In this document: piece by piece, positions 50,701 through 64,000 of the stretch | How positions within the stretch are numbered: the stretch's first letter is position 1 | Layout of the letters: each line of letters begins with the position of its first letter | Assembly: GCA_036172245.1 (NCBI GenBank) | Contig: JAYWIR010000071.1 | Span: 124,001 to 188,000 of the forward strand | DNA from: Raillietiella orientalis | Lineage: Eukaryota | Length of the DNA stretch: 64,000 nt | Reading direction: 5' to 3' | Made by a program: the position numbers and the translations under genes | The notes under the pieces: generated by a model | What the model was told of the DNA's origin: nothing | Database searches by the model: none | What the model saw: the letters and a program-made list of their open reading frames with translations, nothing else

Positions 50701-53320
50701 GCCAGTCTTACGAGACTTTCTTCGAAGTTCATTTCTTAAATTCTTTGAGTTTGAAAGATGGCATGCGAGATTGCTGTTTAGGGGTGGTCAGAGCGAAAAA
50801 AGGGCTTATAGTCTTCTTTACTCTCTTCTCAGAAATCATACTTCATCAGGACCTTCGACATGGTACGATTATCACCAGACTCCTTTTAGAAAGTGACTTC
50901 CAAGGAGTCGAAGATGCATCAGTAGACAGAAAAAGAAATGAAAAGAAAAGAATAAAACAACGAACTTTGACAAGAAACTGGAAGGGCCAGAATAACTACC
51001 TCAAAATCCAACCCTGGAAATGGCTCGACCTCCAACCGAAATCCAGCCGTTCGGAGGGTTCTTATTCTTATCGGAACTGATTCATGTCGGACTTACATCA
51101 GCCGGGAAAAAAGTTTCTTTCTATTCTCCCTCACTTCCTGTCAGCTCCATTGGCAGACGATTCTCTCGTGCAGGTAAAGATCACTCTCCGAGATCCACAG
51201 CAAAAGCTCACTTGCCCTCGCAAGTGAGAACCAGAGAGGATGCGAGCACAAAATCGCCTCGGAAGATGTAGTCGTCCAAGGACCTCTGCACGGAAGTTCA
51301 CAGCGAAACTTCGTCCAGCGTTCACGAGCATTAGTGTAAAAGTCTTTTTACGGCAGCATCTGGAAATTATCTGTCCATCCCAGGAGGTCCAGACAACTTG
51401 TGAACCCAGTCAGTATTTGGCAGCAGCGAAGACAGACACATTTTGCCCTTCTTCAGTGTCGAGACTTGAAGGCTTAACTCTTCGTCCCACCACCCATTCA
51501 CGGTTGCTTTGCTTTCTTTAGTCAGAGAAAAGTGATAGCAGCAGCCTTTTGCTACCCTCATTCCCATCCTCTTCCACAAGAACGTTTGCAATGCGTCCTG
51601 TCGAAAGAACACTTCAAAGGAACGTGTCCCAATGAGCATTGGTGATTAGCCAGAAAAATTGACCCTTCAATTACGAACGCGGCTTGTGTTTCCCAGATCC
51701 CAACTCTCCAAATCACTTATTAAGATAAGGAGCAGGACGCACACGCGGCGACCGAATGTGACAGTGCTAACTGGTCATCTCCTAGTAATTTTTTGGATTT
51801 CTCGCTTTAAGCCTGAATACCTGATAACAAGTTGGACGTCGGAAAATGTTCAGTGGCCACAACCACGGACCGGATGGAGCTGCTATGAGGAATCGTGGAA
51901 ATTCCCATATGAGTCGAAACACAAAATACAGAATTCATTTGCATTCAACAGCATACATCGAGGCAGCAGTGGAAGGAGTACGCAATAACGCCTTTGGAGG
52001 AATCCATTCGCATAAGATTCCTCTTCACCCTGCTGGTGGCAACTAGCTAGGTCCTGGAGTGAACGAAGTCATTCCCGTTTCCTGGAGACTCGAAAACTGA
52101 GGATTGTGAATCCTTCGGTGCGCTCATGCGTTTCTTCCAAGGGAGTTACTTAGCAGCGCAGATTAGAAATCGAGTTTTATGTTTCTCGCTGACTGCCAAA
52201 CAGCGCCACGTAACAGTGAGCTGAAAGCAGCCTTCGACTGTCAAGATCCCCAAACCATGCTGTTTCCAGCACAGAGAATGGAAAGTGAATCGTCTGCATT
52301 CCTGCGAATTTTTCACCCTTCGTACTGTTCTGACCACCATAACGTAGCTTACATTACCAAGCGGAATATCCTAATAACAAGATTTAGTGACTGACCGTAA
52401 TTCTCACCACTGCTGTATGGTGGTTATTAACGTGTGGTTATGGCAGTGCCTTCGCACTCGCATCCACGCTTGCAAGAATGCGTTGTTTTCCCCGCTCTTG
52501 CAAGAACCGTGGAACAAATGGTTTCTTGCTGCGAACAATGCAGCCATGATTGCAGACGATGGTGCACATGGTACTGGCATTGTACAAGTACGTGTGCCAA
52601 AAGATACTGTTGCTTCTCCCATAGTATGCGTTACATGATTTCACCAAACTCTCGACAACCAATTTACTAATCTTGTGCAGCTATTAATCGTTCATGATTT
52701 GACACAAATGGGAGAAAACACCCTAACATTGACATTCGCAAATCTGCTTAAAAAAGAATGCACTACTTCATTACCACAATACACTTCAAAGCAAAACGCA
52801 CTTTACACGTACAACCGTTAACTATGGCATGCAATCCATCGAAGTGCTTGTACTAATATTAATCCCAAAATATGAAAACCACTGCAAACAAACAAGATGA
52901 GAAAAAAAGAAATTAAGTGAAAACAAAAACTAAAGTGAACACGGGATACATTACAGATACACTATACTATAACACATGTACATCATCATTGCAAACATCA
53001 AACTGAAAATTTTTCCTCAATGTTGCTCCAAACTGAATGATGTCAATCTAAACCTAGCATATTCCTCAAAACATACATTCTTCTATACTCGCCCCACAAC
53101 TTTGCTGACTGAATCCAATTGCATTAACTCTCTAGAATCAAAATTTTAAAGGAATGACTGCATGAACAAGATTCAATGACTTTAATCATTTTTGCTTCCT
53201 AGGGATACACATTCCATAGCTGTCTATTGAACCACAATCTGCTTTCAAATATCATAAAGTAGAGTTTTTATATCTCTCTGATACTCCCTGAATTTTACCA
53301 CAATTAAAGGCATGGTACAG

Positions 53321-54483
53321 TTATTGGGAGTCACTTGAGGAACTTGTGCTGGAGTCTGTAGACATGACCTCAGCATCTTCTGCTTCCTTATTATGGGGTT
53401 TGTCAAATCCTGATGTAACAGAAACGTGAATGCCTGGCTCAGCTGTACTTTGCCAAAGGTATGGAGCTATACCAAGACCATCCCGCATAACTACATGAAC
53501 AAGTAAAAATTCTGAATCAAAACAAAATAAGGTGTTACTGTGCTGTGTTCCTCCATGGGGTATACTCTCTGGAACTGATTCTGTAATCTGCTGAACTGAA
53601 CTTCCATAAGAAGGATCACTCAAATGACCAAGAAATCCTGACCTCATTTCCACATCTTTATCAGTTACCAATATGAAGGGGAAAAAAAAAAATCTTAGTA
53701 TTTGGTGTTTACTAAAATATAAGCTTACCGATTGGATATGGTCTTCGTGGATCTCCTTGCTGCCAGCACAAAGGAGCTGCTACTGCATTGGTTGCACTAA
53801 TTTTATGTGAATATTTTATGAGTTCCTCTGATGAAATAGGATGTTGATGAGCTCTGTTTATTGAATCTAATTTCTGTTTTGCTTGATAAATAGCAGTTGA
53901 CTAATAATGACAGCTTAATTGATATCACAGAACAATTAAAGTGCACACATACCAGTAACTGCTCTGCTTCTTTCAACTGTTTCTGCAAAAGTTTTATTTG
54001 CAGATCTTTCTTATCTACTTCATCTTCAAGTAAGAGCATCTTTTTGTGAACAACCATTTGCTCTTCTGCTACCTAAGATTTCAAAAAGGGTGGAGTAATC
54101 AATGAACTACTTACTTTCAAGGTTTCTTTCAACGCATCATTTTTACGAATAAGGAGCTGCGCTATCTGATTACACTCTTCAGCTGAATACCGTTGACTTT
54201 TTGATATGAGAACATTTTCAATCAGTTCCCTTGATAAACAAATACAAAACAAAGATAGAATATAAAAAAAATTATAAATGGAATATTAGATTGCAAGTGA
54301 ATAGTAAGATAACAAATGTTCACTTATAAAGGGTTATTTCTCGGGTTGCAAGATACATAATGACATTAATTGGATAGTAAATAATTTAAGTCAAAAGTGC
54401 TGATTCTATTTTTAGGTAACATACTTCGCCAAAATTTCTATATCATCGACTTCGGATAATAAAATGCTTTTTGTGCTTGCCAT
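53321..54483 (-). CDS. MED4: Mediator subunit 4 (6 exons)
   Basis: [100 protein letters not shown] and C-terminal [16 protein letters not shown]. Confidence 0.93.
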
Positions 54484-55399
54484 ACATCAGTTCCTTATTA
54501 AGGGGGCTTTTACCTCCAACTCTGCAAATGTATTGGGTCTATACCGACCACATAAACGCACTTTATTCGTATACAGTACAAACTTCAAAGATCGAAACTT
54601 GAAGAAATCGATGGACCACTCGTACGAAACTGTGAACACTACGCTTTTCTTTCATATTTCAAACAAATGCTAACTGCACTAACAAAACCGTATACTTTTC
54701 CAAAGTGAAGCTTCTTGTTTGCAGGTGAACTAACAGGCAACAACTTCAACGCACCACACCATTCGCCTTGTGTGCAGTTCAGCACCTCAACGCAGAACTT
54801 AAGCGCTGCATTTGTACAAAATTAAGGAATGCCATGCTGGTTGGTAAATACATTGTCACAAAAGTGGAGGTAAATAAAAGCACATCTTTGCAACATGGTA
54901 ATTGACTATGTAATCGCAATAATAATTAGAAAAGCATAAAAACTTACATCCACAATTTATGTTTTCAGCACTGTGAAACCTATTTGTTTAAAAACTTTTC
55001 TCACTGCTCAGTTTTAGTAATGAGGAAAAAAAAGTGTATGAGAACATGTATATAACTGCCGGTAAAGGAGTAATTTTTATTCACAGTATTTCAAACTCTA
55101 TTCCCTGAATACACTTATATATTTGAAATTCAAAGATTAAATCTTCAAATATTGTAAAAAATATTTAAATACAAAACTAACAGAGCAGAGGCTTTTCATG
55201 AAGGCGAATTGATATTTGTTGGTAATGATTGGCGTGATAACAGCAACCCAAGTATGTGCACATTACAGAAAACGCTCCTGGAATTTTGATAAATGAAATT
55301 TCATTACATTTAGTTTAGTTTTAGTTTTCATTTAGTTTTATACAGATATAAAACTTATATCGTTCAAAAAAAAAAAAAAAAAGGGAAGAAGCATCTGAT

Positions 55400-57349
55400 C
55401 ATGAAGATAAACTTGAATTCTCTAGCACGATATCTAAGAGTACAAGTGTATTCTTCAGCCATGAAAAAAAAAGTCAAATATAAATCCAATGAGAAATAAA
55501 AGAGGATTTACTTGACCGCTGGAATTTTCTGAAGGTCCTTTCGAGATCTCCATTCAAATATACACATAGAGTACACCAGAATAAGCTTATTCACTTGGGA
55601 AGATTCACATAACAGTAATTTATATACACAAAAAAGACCAACTTTTAAAATTTTCAGTTTCAACTGTGGAAGTATTTAATTTTTCTTATATATTTCCATT
55701 TTGGAAGCGAATCGACTGAACCTTTATTTTTTATGTTCCAGTTTTGCTTTGTATTTGCTTAATCTTTGATTAATCCTTAATTCATCTAACATGATTTTTC
55801 AATAATAAGGATAGAAATAGATTCAAAAGTTATAAATCACTATGAGCATTATAAAACTGAGTTTTAAACACCTTAATGAACCTATTGCGTCTTTATAAAA
55901 GTGTAGTTTACATAAATGATAATAATTCAAAAATTGTACAAGCATTCATCAAGTAATGTTACTTTCATGAATCTCTATTTATAAATTCACCTTAAACTAC
56001 ATTTATCTTGAAATGTCACAGCAACAGAATCCAACCTTAACTTTAAGGTTAAAACAAGTGGATAGCATATCGTGGAAAATGCTAATTCCAGATCTATCCT
56101 CGAGAAAAATGTCAAGAAAATGTATCTGAGAAGCTAATTTGTGTTTTTTTTCTGTAGTATATCACAATGTATGAATACTTTATGAAGTTTACGAAACAAA
56201 TACAGTCATGTTATTCTTATTCTTACTTCGTCAATTTCTCACATAGACAGTTTATATATATTCATCTGAATTATAATTGGGACAAACTGCTCTTGATAAC
56301 GTTGCAACACAGTATCGCAGTGAATAAAAAGATTCATAACTGGAAAATCTTCGAAATTTCAGGAAAAGATACTATGTTTGACGATATGAAGATATGTTTT
56401 ACGTAACTTTGCATAAGCTCCAAATAGATCTTAAAAGTAGCAAATCTGAAGTCTAATTATGCAACCGGACAAACGCAATTAGTCAATGATTGACATAATG
56501 TAATAAATAAATAAATAATTGCATTCTCAACAAGAATCTGCTACTGAAGTCCTTTTGCATTTAACACTCTTCTCATTCATAATTGGATTTTACTTTAGCA
56601 TTATTCTATAGTAAGGAAATCACGAGTTTGTCCTTTCATGAATGAAATGAGCTTACTCTTTTTTTTACTTTTGTAAACTAGGGAACCAGAGAGTAACAAT
56701 GTTGATGTGCAACTATTGAAAACTCTGATCTCAGACAGCTTGCATTTTCCCCTGGAGAGAGGTGTAGAAAGAATACTTGGAATTTCGATTATTATCCTTC
56801 TCAAATACTGATATACTTCTGCCATTTTGAAATGGATACTTTCTAAGGTTAATCATTTAAGACATTCTATTCACCCGATCACCAGTTCGAACATTAGCCT
56901 TTCCCAGAATTGCAACAGCTGAAGATGGTAGAAAACATGACAAACACCAGATAATCTGGGAAAATTGTACAAATGTATTGGAAGAATAAGAACTCAGAGA
57001 TTACATCAAGTTTTTCCAGACGACTCACTGTTTCCTTGAATAATATGAATTCAGTTATGCACTTTAGAAATAATGCATCAGATATTGAAACAAAGCCAGA
57101 TTTTTGTCTGAATAAGAACCCGTAATCTTTGAGCATATCTCACAGTAGACGAGGAGAATAGTGTGGAAACAGTAGTTGGAATGCATTGGAAATATCATTC
57201 ACAACTGATAGCAAAGTCTCTGAGAAAAAAACAAAAATAGTGTATGTATTATTTCCACTATGGACTAGCTCCTTCATATCTTTATCTCGGAAAAGGTACT
57301 CAGAGTAGGAGAATGGGATTGGACTGCATAATGAGTAATTACAGAGCAA
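55400..57349 (-). CDS. Possible multi-exon gene of unknown product (boundaries approximate)
   Basis: Consecutive minus-strand ORFs (57140-57349, 56894-57136, 56601-56825) with splice-like sites, downstream of a CpG-containing promoter-like stretch. No continuous spliced frame or family motif was established. Confidence 0.3.
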
Positions 57350-59360
57350 TGCTATGTTAATTCATTGATATTATTTATGCCGTCGAAATATTTTTAATTC
57401 TTTTCTATTTAAACATTCCTGCTAGTTGGCAACTCTCGTTCGGAACTGTTGTAACCTGTGACCGTGGTCTTTTGCACGTGTGAAAGGGAAATATTTTGAA
57501 GGGCATCTATAAATCGCACGCAGATTGATAGTTTTAGTAATTTTTGAAACTATTCTATGCCTTTTTGGCATCACTGCTCTGATCTTTCATTCACCGAATG
57601 TTGAAAATACACTGTTGGTTGTAAATGTAAACTATATTGTTGCTTTTGCGTGCTGGATTGCCGTGTTCACTAGCTTATGATTGAAATACCCTTAATCAAC
57701 CTCAAGTCATTTCCTGATTTGATTTCTTTGGATATTTATGGTGTACGTAATGTGCGTTCGTTTCCTGGAAGCTTTATGTTATGCTTGGAAATAAGTAGTA
57801 GAAATTCTTCCATATCCCCCCTTTTTTTTTTTGCTTCTTTCACTGCAACTTCAACATTAGTTAAATTGTTCCTTCAAAATGCGAATCAGTGCTGCAAATT
57901 TTCGAGATATCTGCTCATCAAATTTATCTTTCTTTTTTCCGGATGAAATCCAATGTTTGTTTTAACCAGTGATAGGTTTCAAGGAGCAGATTTTCAAATC
58001 CTGAATGTAATTATTTGTGTAGTTGGTATTAATCGTGACTTTGCCTCGCATGTGTTATTGAGGAAAATCGGTTTTATTTTTCGACTGTTAATACATTATA
58101 AGCTTGTTGTATCATGTATTTTCGAATCTCCTTTTGCAAGTCTTCAGATTCCTTCAAGCTCTTATTTAATCCAAGATAAAGTTTCTACAGCAGGCATTAT
58201 TAGCCACCCAGGCATCAGATATGCAACGTATGAAATACAGATTTGTAAATAAAGATAAATCAAGGCATATAGAAATGAAATTAACTAAAATTTGTGATAT
58301 TGGATATAATTGTTTGAAGTTTGATCAGCTAGAAATTTTGAATTCTTATGGTGTGTCATTTTTTTTTAATTAGCTGGATTTGTTAATGTGTACATGATTG
58401 CTTGCCAACATTTATACCGAAAAATGTAGTATAGGTTGAAGAATGTAAAATCATTTTTTTAACCTCAAGCATTGAATAAATGATTCCAAAAAGTTCTCTT
58501 AATCTTGTTTGATTTCACTGAATTGCAATTCTTGATTGTATCTGAACATCTACATGATGATAAAAGATTTAAAATTCTCCAATCTGTTGGTTTATTTAGT
58601 TCATGAAATGATACAAATACGTTATGTTTATTTCTGATAATATTAAAGCTGTTTTTATGTACAGTGATATGCTTCATCATATCTTTCATGAAATAATCGC
58701 CAAAGAAAGTAATATGTTTTGCTCTCTTGTTGTTTCTGTGTAATTGAATCCTTATAAATGTATGAGTACATTGGTGTGAAATCTAAATTGGCATTAAAGT
58801 TTTAATTTTATTTACGAAGGACTATTTTTTATTACCCTTTTTTTAAGTTCTGTTAATTATGGGATAAATTTTTGCATCCTGAGAAAGTGTATACGGCTGT
58901 TTATTTATAAATAATTGCATTAATATTTCAACTTAGATGATAATGCGTAGAACAGAATTTTGGGGGAAACAGTAAAGTGTGTTGCAAGGAAGGTATGTAT
59001 GTTTTTGCCCTTATGGCATAAAGGTGCAAAGATTTCAATTTGTTTGGTTTTCTTATTTGATAATTGGCAAGGGGAGGGCATGAACAATAAGTTTACTCAA
59101 GAACTGTAACTGTCTTGCAACATACATGTATATTAGCTTGAATTCAGCATAAAAAAGTAGACATCAGAGATGCATAATAAATTAGGGGCATGTGTAGCCA
59201 TGAAGTGAAATCTTCCATTTGGAAAATTTCATTTTAGGTGTAGGTTTTACTAATCAAATCATATTGGATACTTAATCTGTGTTCTAATGTCCATGTTGTA
59301 ATTTCAGTAGTGGTAATATTAAAGTTTTACATCTTGTGTTGAAAGAACTGGTCAAGTACC

Positions 59361-59642
59361 ATGCCTTTAAATTTTAGCAGTTATCAAGCAAGACCCAGTT
59401 GTTTTGATAAAATGAAATACGGATTTTCCATAGGATTCTGTGTTGGTGTTGCATCAGGAGCACTGTTTGGTGGAATTAATGGACTGAGGTTTGTAAATGG
59501 GCATCCAAAAAGTTTTACAATTGTATGTTTTAGATTAGGTTTGAGAGGTAAAGATTTATTTGTAAATGTAGGTAAAGTTATGTTGCAAGCTGGAGGAACA
59601 TTTGGTACATTTATGTGCATTGGAACAGGATTGAGATGTTAA
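59361..59642 (+). CDS. ROMO1: ROMO1/Mgr2 family mitochondrial inner-membrane protein; intron 59489-59533
   Basis: PSCFDKMKYGFSIGFCVGVASGALFGG..LR|LGLRGKDL..VGKVMLQAGGTFGTFMCIGTGLRC after removing a 45-nt GT-AG intron. Confidence 0.93.
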   Translation: MPLNFSSYQARPSCFDKMKYGFSIGFCVGVASGALFGGINGLRFVNGHPKSFTIVCFRLGLRGKDLFVNVGKVMLQAGGTFGTFMCIGTGLRC

Positions 59643-62600
59643 AATATACTTTCCATAAATGAAACATGTAAATTGTTCATCGTTTGTTTGAATGATCACA
59701 GCAGCAGTAGGATTGATAGTGAATAGTATCTTGCAGTGGTTCTCAGAATCATTTTACCTGGAGAAAACGAGAAATAAGGTTGCATTTTCTTGCAATCTTT
59801 GTTATTTGCTTTTTTCGTGTTTTTTAAAAAACTTTTCAAGTATTTTGAATGAAGAATTGAGGAGTTGGTTATCTGGTTTCATTGCTACTTTATTTCTCAA
59901 GACTTCAAAACTACTTTTATGTGAGTGGACAAACATCACATTAGGTGTTCACAAAGCAAGTTTAGGTCATCCATCAGCAAATTAGCATCATAACAACGAC
60001 TCCCGGATTTTTGCCAAGCATTATCCGAATTGTGAACCCAAAGTTTATAAACCTTAATTAATTTCAATTACTGTACACAATTTTTCGGTTGCGGGAGTTT
60101 ACGAACAATCATTTATACTATCGGTGCTCAAGTAATAGGTACGTATGCATCTTTAGAGTGATGAGTTTTTTGATTTTCTTGAATAGTATAAATTGGAATA
60201 CACCTTATATGATTGTGACTGCTGAACTTTGGTAATTATTTTATCGTAAAGATTCCGTTTTATGAAAGTGCTGTTGTGAATGCTGAGGATTTGAAAGTAA
60301 ATAATTAGAAATTACCGTAAGATTTTACATCCAGGATGTAAGCCTTCGAAAAGAAAGGAAGAAAAAAAAAAAAAAACTAGCATGCCGAACACCGCCTCAC
60401 TTTCGAACGCCTATCAGCTCCGCGTCACGCCATAGGAAATTTCGGAACTTTCTCCAAAAACGAAATTACTTGTGTATTTCGTATCGATTGTATTCGTATT
60501 TAGTAGATTGCATCTTTAGTGTGCTTAATATGATGGTTATACTTAAATTGTGTTTTATAATAATAAAGTCTTTATTGATCAGTCAACCATTTGTACACCA
60601 AGCACATTAAAGTAAGTCCGGAAAAACTTTCACATCTCCGAAAAAATAAGTGTGGAACAGGGAATTTATCCAATGCCGAAGTAATTGCATTTTTTTTTCT
60701 TTTGTTTTTTGTTTTCTGTGTCGATAGAAGTACATACAAACAAACCATATCACGTCGGCATCAGCTCAAGGTGCTTCCACATATGAGAAGCAAGACACCA
60801 TCGCCCGTGAGCATAGGAAACTCTCTACCCAACATGTAGGGCCCCCTGTCTTATTCGTTAAGAGTGAAATAATAAATCGAAAATTGGAATGGGGAAATAT
60901 CCCAGTTTCCAAAAAGACCGAATGCGTAGTAGAGTGTCTTGCGTCATCGTCTCCTCTGGAGAGCAGTGCAAGCGTGGCCTCGAAACTTCTGAGCCAACGT
61001 GTCTTTCAGTTGTCTTCATGTCGATGAAGGCATGTTCAGCTCTGCTTATGCTTACTTGGAAGACAAGATTTATTTGAGCATTTTTCATCCGGAAGCTACT
61101 GTGAACTTTAGTAATTCCACTCCTGGTATGTCTACTGGATTTCGTTAGCTGTTCTTTCGGAATTTGGGCTTCCACTCACCTAGGATATCGGGGCCCAAAT
61201 CATGAGAGATATCAGCACAGACCACTGCTGCTCTTCTCACCGAGGCGGTACGATTTTATACTTATTTCAGTAGTTCATTTCAATATCCTGTACCGCTTCG
61301 AAAATTTTCCTTTTTGTTTTTCAGCTCTTGGCAACTTATAGGTAATGGACAATGAACCAACCACTAATAGGTAGCACAAGAAAGACGGCACTTATTTTAG
61401 TGACTACGCAAACTAATTGGAAACTAATTTTCATGGTTTTGCAGTGGCAACTCCCTTATCGAAAATGGCTTTTACACACATTGCTATCGTAATCACTTCT
61501 ACCCGAGAAATTCTGCCATCTGTTTTGCTCCTGCTCCAGAAAACTTATTCACCGCTTACCATGTTTTCAGAAAGTGTGATGACCTCTGCCAGTTGACGTT
61601 ACATCGGTTAACTATCCATCGGACCTGTTTTACGGTACGGTGGAGCACTTATGTGTGATTTTGAATAACTTTCAATAGGATAATTTTTACTCGATCCTCA
61701 TTTTCAATTTTATGTATCTCATTTTTCGGTTCCCATATTTGGCTACTCCCTGTTCTCTCTTTTAATCTCACATTTTCCTGTTCCCAGCTCTTGACTGGGG
61801 TTTCACGCTTCCAGGAGATTTTCTCATAGCCTCTGATCCCAACTGGAGATGCATTCTCATTCGGTTTTCATGACACCAGCAAACACCAAGAGCCGCAATA
61901 CTGATGCGACACGAACGACAGGCCAATAAGGAAGGTGGATAGCACGGTAAGGACAGTGTCTTCAAAGAGGGTCGTGGAACAGAATGCATGCTCGAGTAGC
62001 GACATAGAAAACAAGAGCGGGCGAGCATACTTGTCTCCAAAAGCGTTGGCTTCTGCATCAGCTGCGATCGTCTTATAGTGCAATGCAGCCCTCTTTACTT
62101 CAAGAAAACTCTCTCCATTTGAGTTTCATGTACTATCCTAATTCTTCCAGATTGCTACTGTCTATACATTGGTTAAAAGTCAGATAAGCTACCATTATTA
62201 TTATGTTGAATGTAAAACGGCAAAGGGAATTATTCAGTATATCTCTTCTTACTGCCAACCAAGCGACTAATTTTTTACCTAGTACTAATTGTACCATCGC
62301 ATCAATGGTGTTATTTGTGATGAAGTCACGATTCTTTATGGAAAATTTAAAACAGTGCCTTTACGAAGAAAAAGCTCAGCTCTCTGGAGAAAGGATTTCT
62401 TTTCCATGGAGTTCTCTTATCTGACTTAGACTTCAAAGGATCGGCTTGAATTGTCACTGCATCTAAAGTGCAGGGGCAGAACATGCTTTATTATGTGATG
62501 GTTTTGTTGCAGATCTACGGATAAGTTGCAAAGGAGTGGGATCTGTTTTTCGATTCTGGGTCAAAATACTCTGACAGCTGGATGTGAAGCTCTAATACAG

Positions 62601-64000
62601 GTGGAACTGACCATCTACTGACCTCTGAGACTTCTGGGAACCACTTGCGTGGCTTAAACTCAAACCCACTATGTGCTTATAAATCCAGGCTTTTGTTTTG
62701 CGCCTTTGGTTGATCAGGGTCTTTGACTGCAGGAAGAACAGTATGATTACTCTTTTTTTGTTTTTTAAGACTTACCCTACAATCAATCAAAAGTCTCAAT
62801 CAAAGAATGAAAACAAAAACCATGGCTATTTGCCTCAGCAAATAATTTACTATTTTTTAATAATAAAAATTTTCTGAGGCAATTTTGTACCTCACAAACA
62901 CGGACAAACCCTTGCATATTCACAATCAACCAGTAACAGGAACCGCGCATAAATTCGTCACAAGCTGTCAATGGAGGTTTTGCAAATCATGGTATGGCTG
63001 CGAAACACAAAACGACTCAGGAAGATAACATGACTGGAAGTGCTGATACGAAAAGCTTATCAAAAACTTTATTTGATATAAAAAAGAGTGGGAATAGCAA
63101 GTGTCCTTGAACGTGAGGATTTTCGCTTATTTTGGGGTGACTTTCAATCCCACATTTGGCAGCACAATGCATGCACAAATGTTTGTCCATGTCTCCATGC
63201 GATTCGATCCATGCATGGATCTGATGCTTTTGTTAGATTTTATCTCCTCATCCGTTTTTACTTTATCGGACCAAGTCGAACATCAAATTCGGGCATCGAA
63301 ACAGAGTTCAGTCCAGAATATTTCACATATTTCCTTCAAAAAGTGCTTTCAGAATCACTGTCTACGCAAAACATGAATATCAACAAGAGAGTCAAGAGCC
63401 ACCCGAGTTCGAATCATCCTTCCGTGTTTCTGACATCTGAATTGAATAATTATCTTTCTTCTCCAGATTAATGTTCGTTTTGACCCTTTCTTACAATAGA
63501 TGTTGAAACCTCCTAATGTGCTCTGTCTCTTACAATCCAGGCAAAAGCATTGCAATGAGACATTAACAAGGTTTCCCATTTAATTTGAGCTTCGAGGAGT
63601 CGTAATGTAATGTGCACTGTAAGCTCTCATCTCTGGATCATTAATCCGGCTTTTATTCCTCCTTTCTTCAGAAACATGTACAACATGTGCAAGAACGCTG
63701 CGAGAGCTCATCCTGAGTAACCAACGACGGCGATCGTTTCGATTTGATAGATTCGTGTGAGTTCTTAAAGAAATAAGCAGTAGCAAAGAGCTTTACTTGA
63801 TTACTACATTCCACAATAGTGAGAGGTGCTTCTGACAGAGCAATATGTGGTGTGTGGATCCTTCATCTCATAATACATGAGGCTGTTTCCACGCTTTCAA
63901 GATTATTGAGCAAGCAAGTCGTGGATAGTCTAAACATATCACTACTATTCCAAGAGTTGATAGTTATTGTTCTCATCAAACCTGAATATCGCTTCCATGT

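Noticed and set aside
60000..64000. Short ORFs at the window end
   Set aside because: No family motifs or coherent exon chain.
1..64000. tRNA, rRNA, snRNA or SL RNA genes
   Set aside because: None recognised by eye; an Infernal/tRNAscan search would be needed to exclude them.

Overview
Eukaryotic (metazoan invertebrate) genomic DNA with very short GT-AG introns (36-60 nt); a nematode-like compact genome is plausible but the taxon cannot be fixed from the window. Recognisable genes: cysteinyl-tRNA synthetase (CARS2-like, -), clathrin light chain (+), Tim8 (-), an intronless mRNA capping enzyme RNGTT (-), a second truncated RNGTT copy encoding only the RNA triphosphatase domain (-), GDE1-like glycerophosphodiesterase (-), Hippo/MST kinase (-), syndecan (-), MED4 (-) and ROMO1 (+). 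The main structural story is a local duplication whose junction (~16050) joins Hippo intron-1 sequence to mid-RNGTT. This created an intact stand-alone 253-aa triphosphatase ORF next to a Hippo-intron copy that has lost exon 2. Also notable: an operon-like RNGTT-Tim8 spacing, Tim8/clathrin stop codons only 22 bp apart, a GC-AG intron, and a sharp mosaic of CpG-depleted AT-rich gene bodies versus GC/CpG-rich blocks. Exon boundaries were read by hand and no database searches were run.
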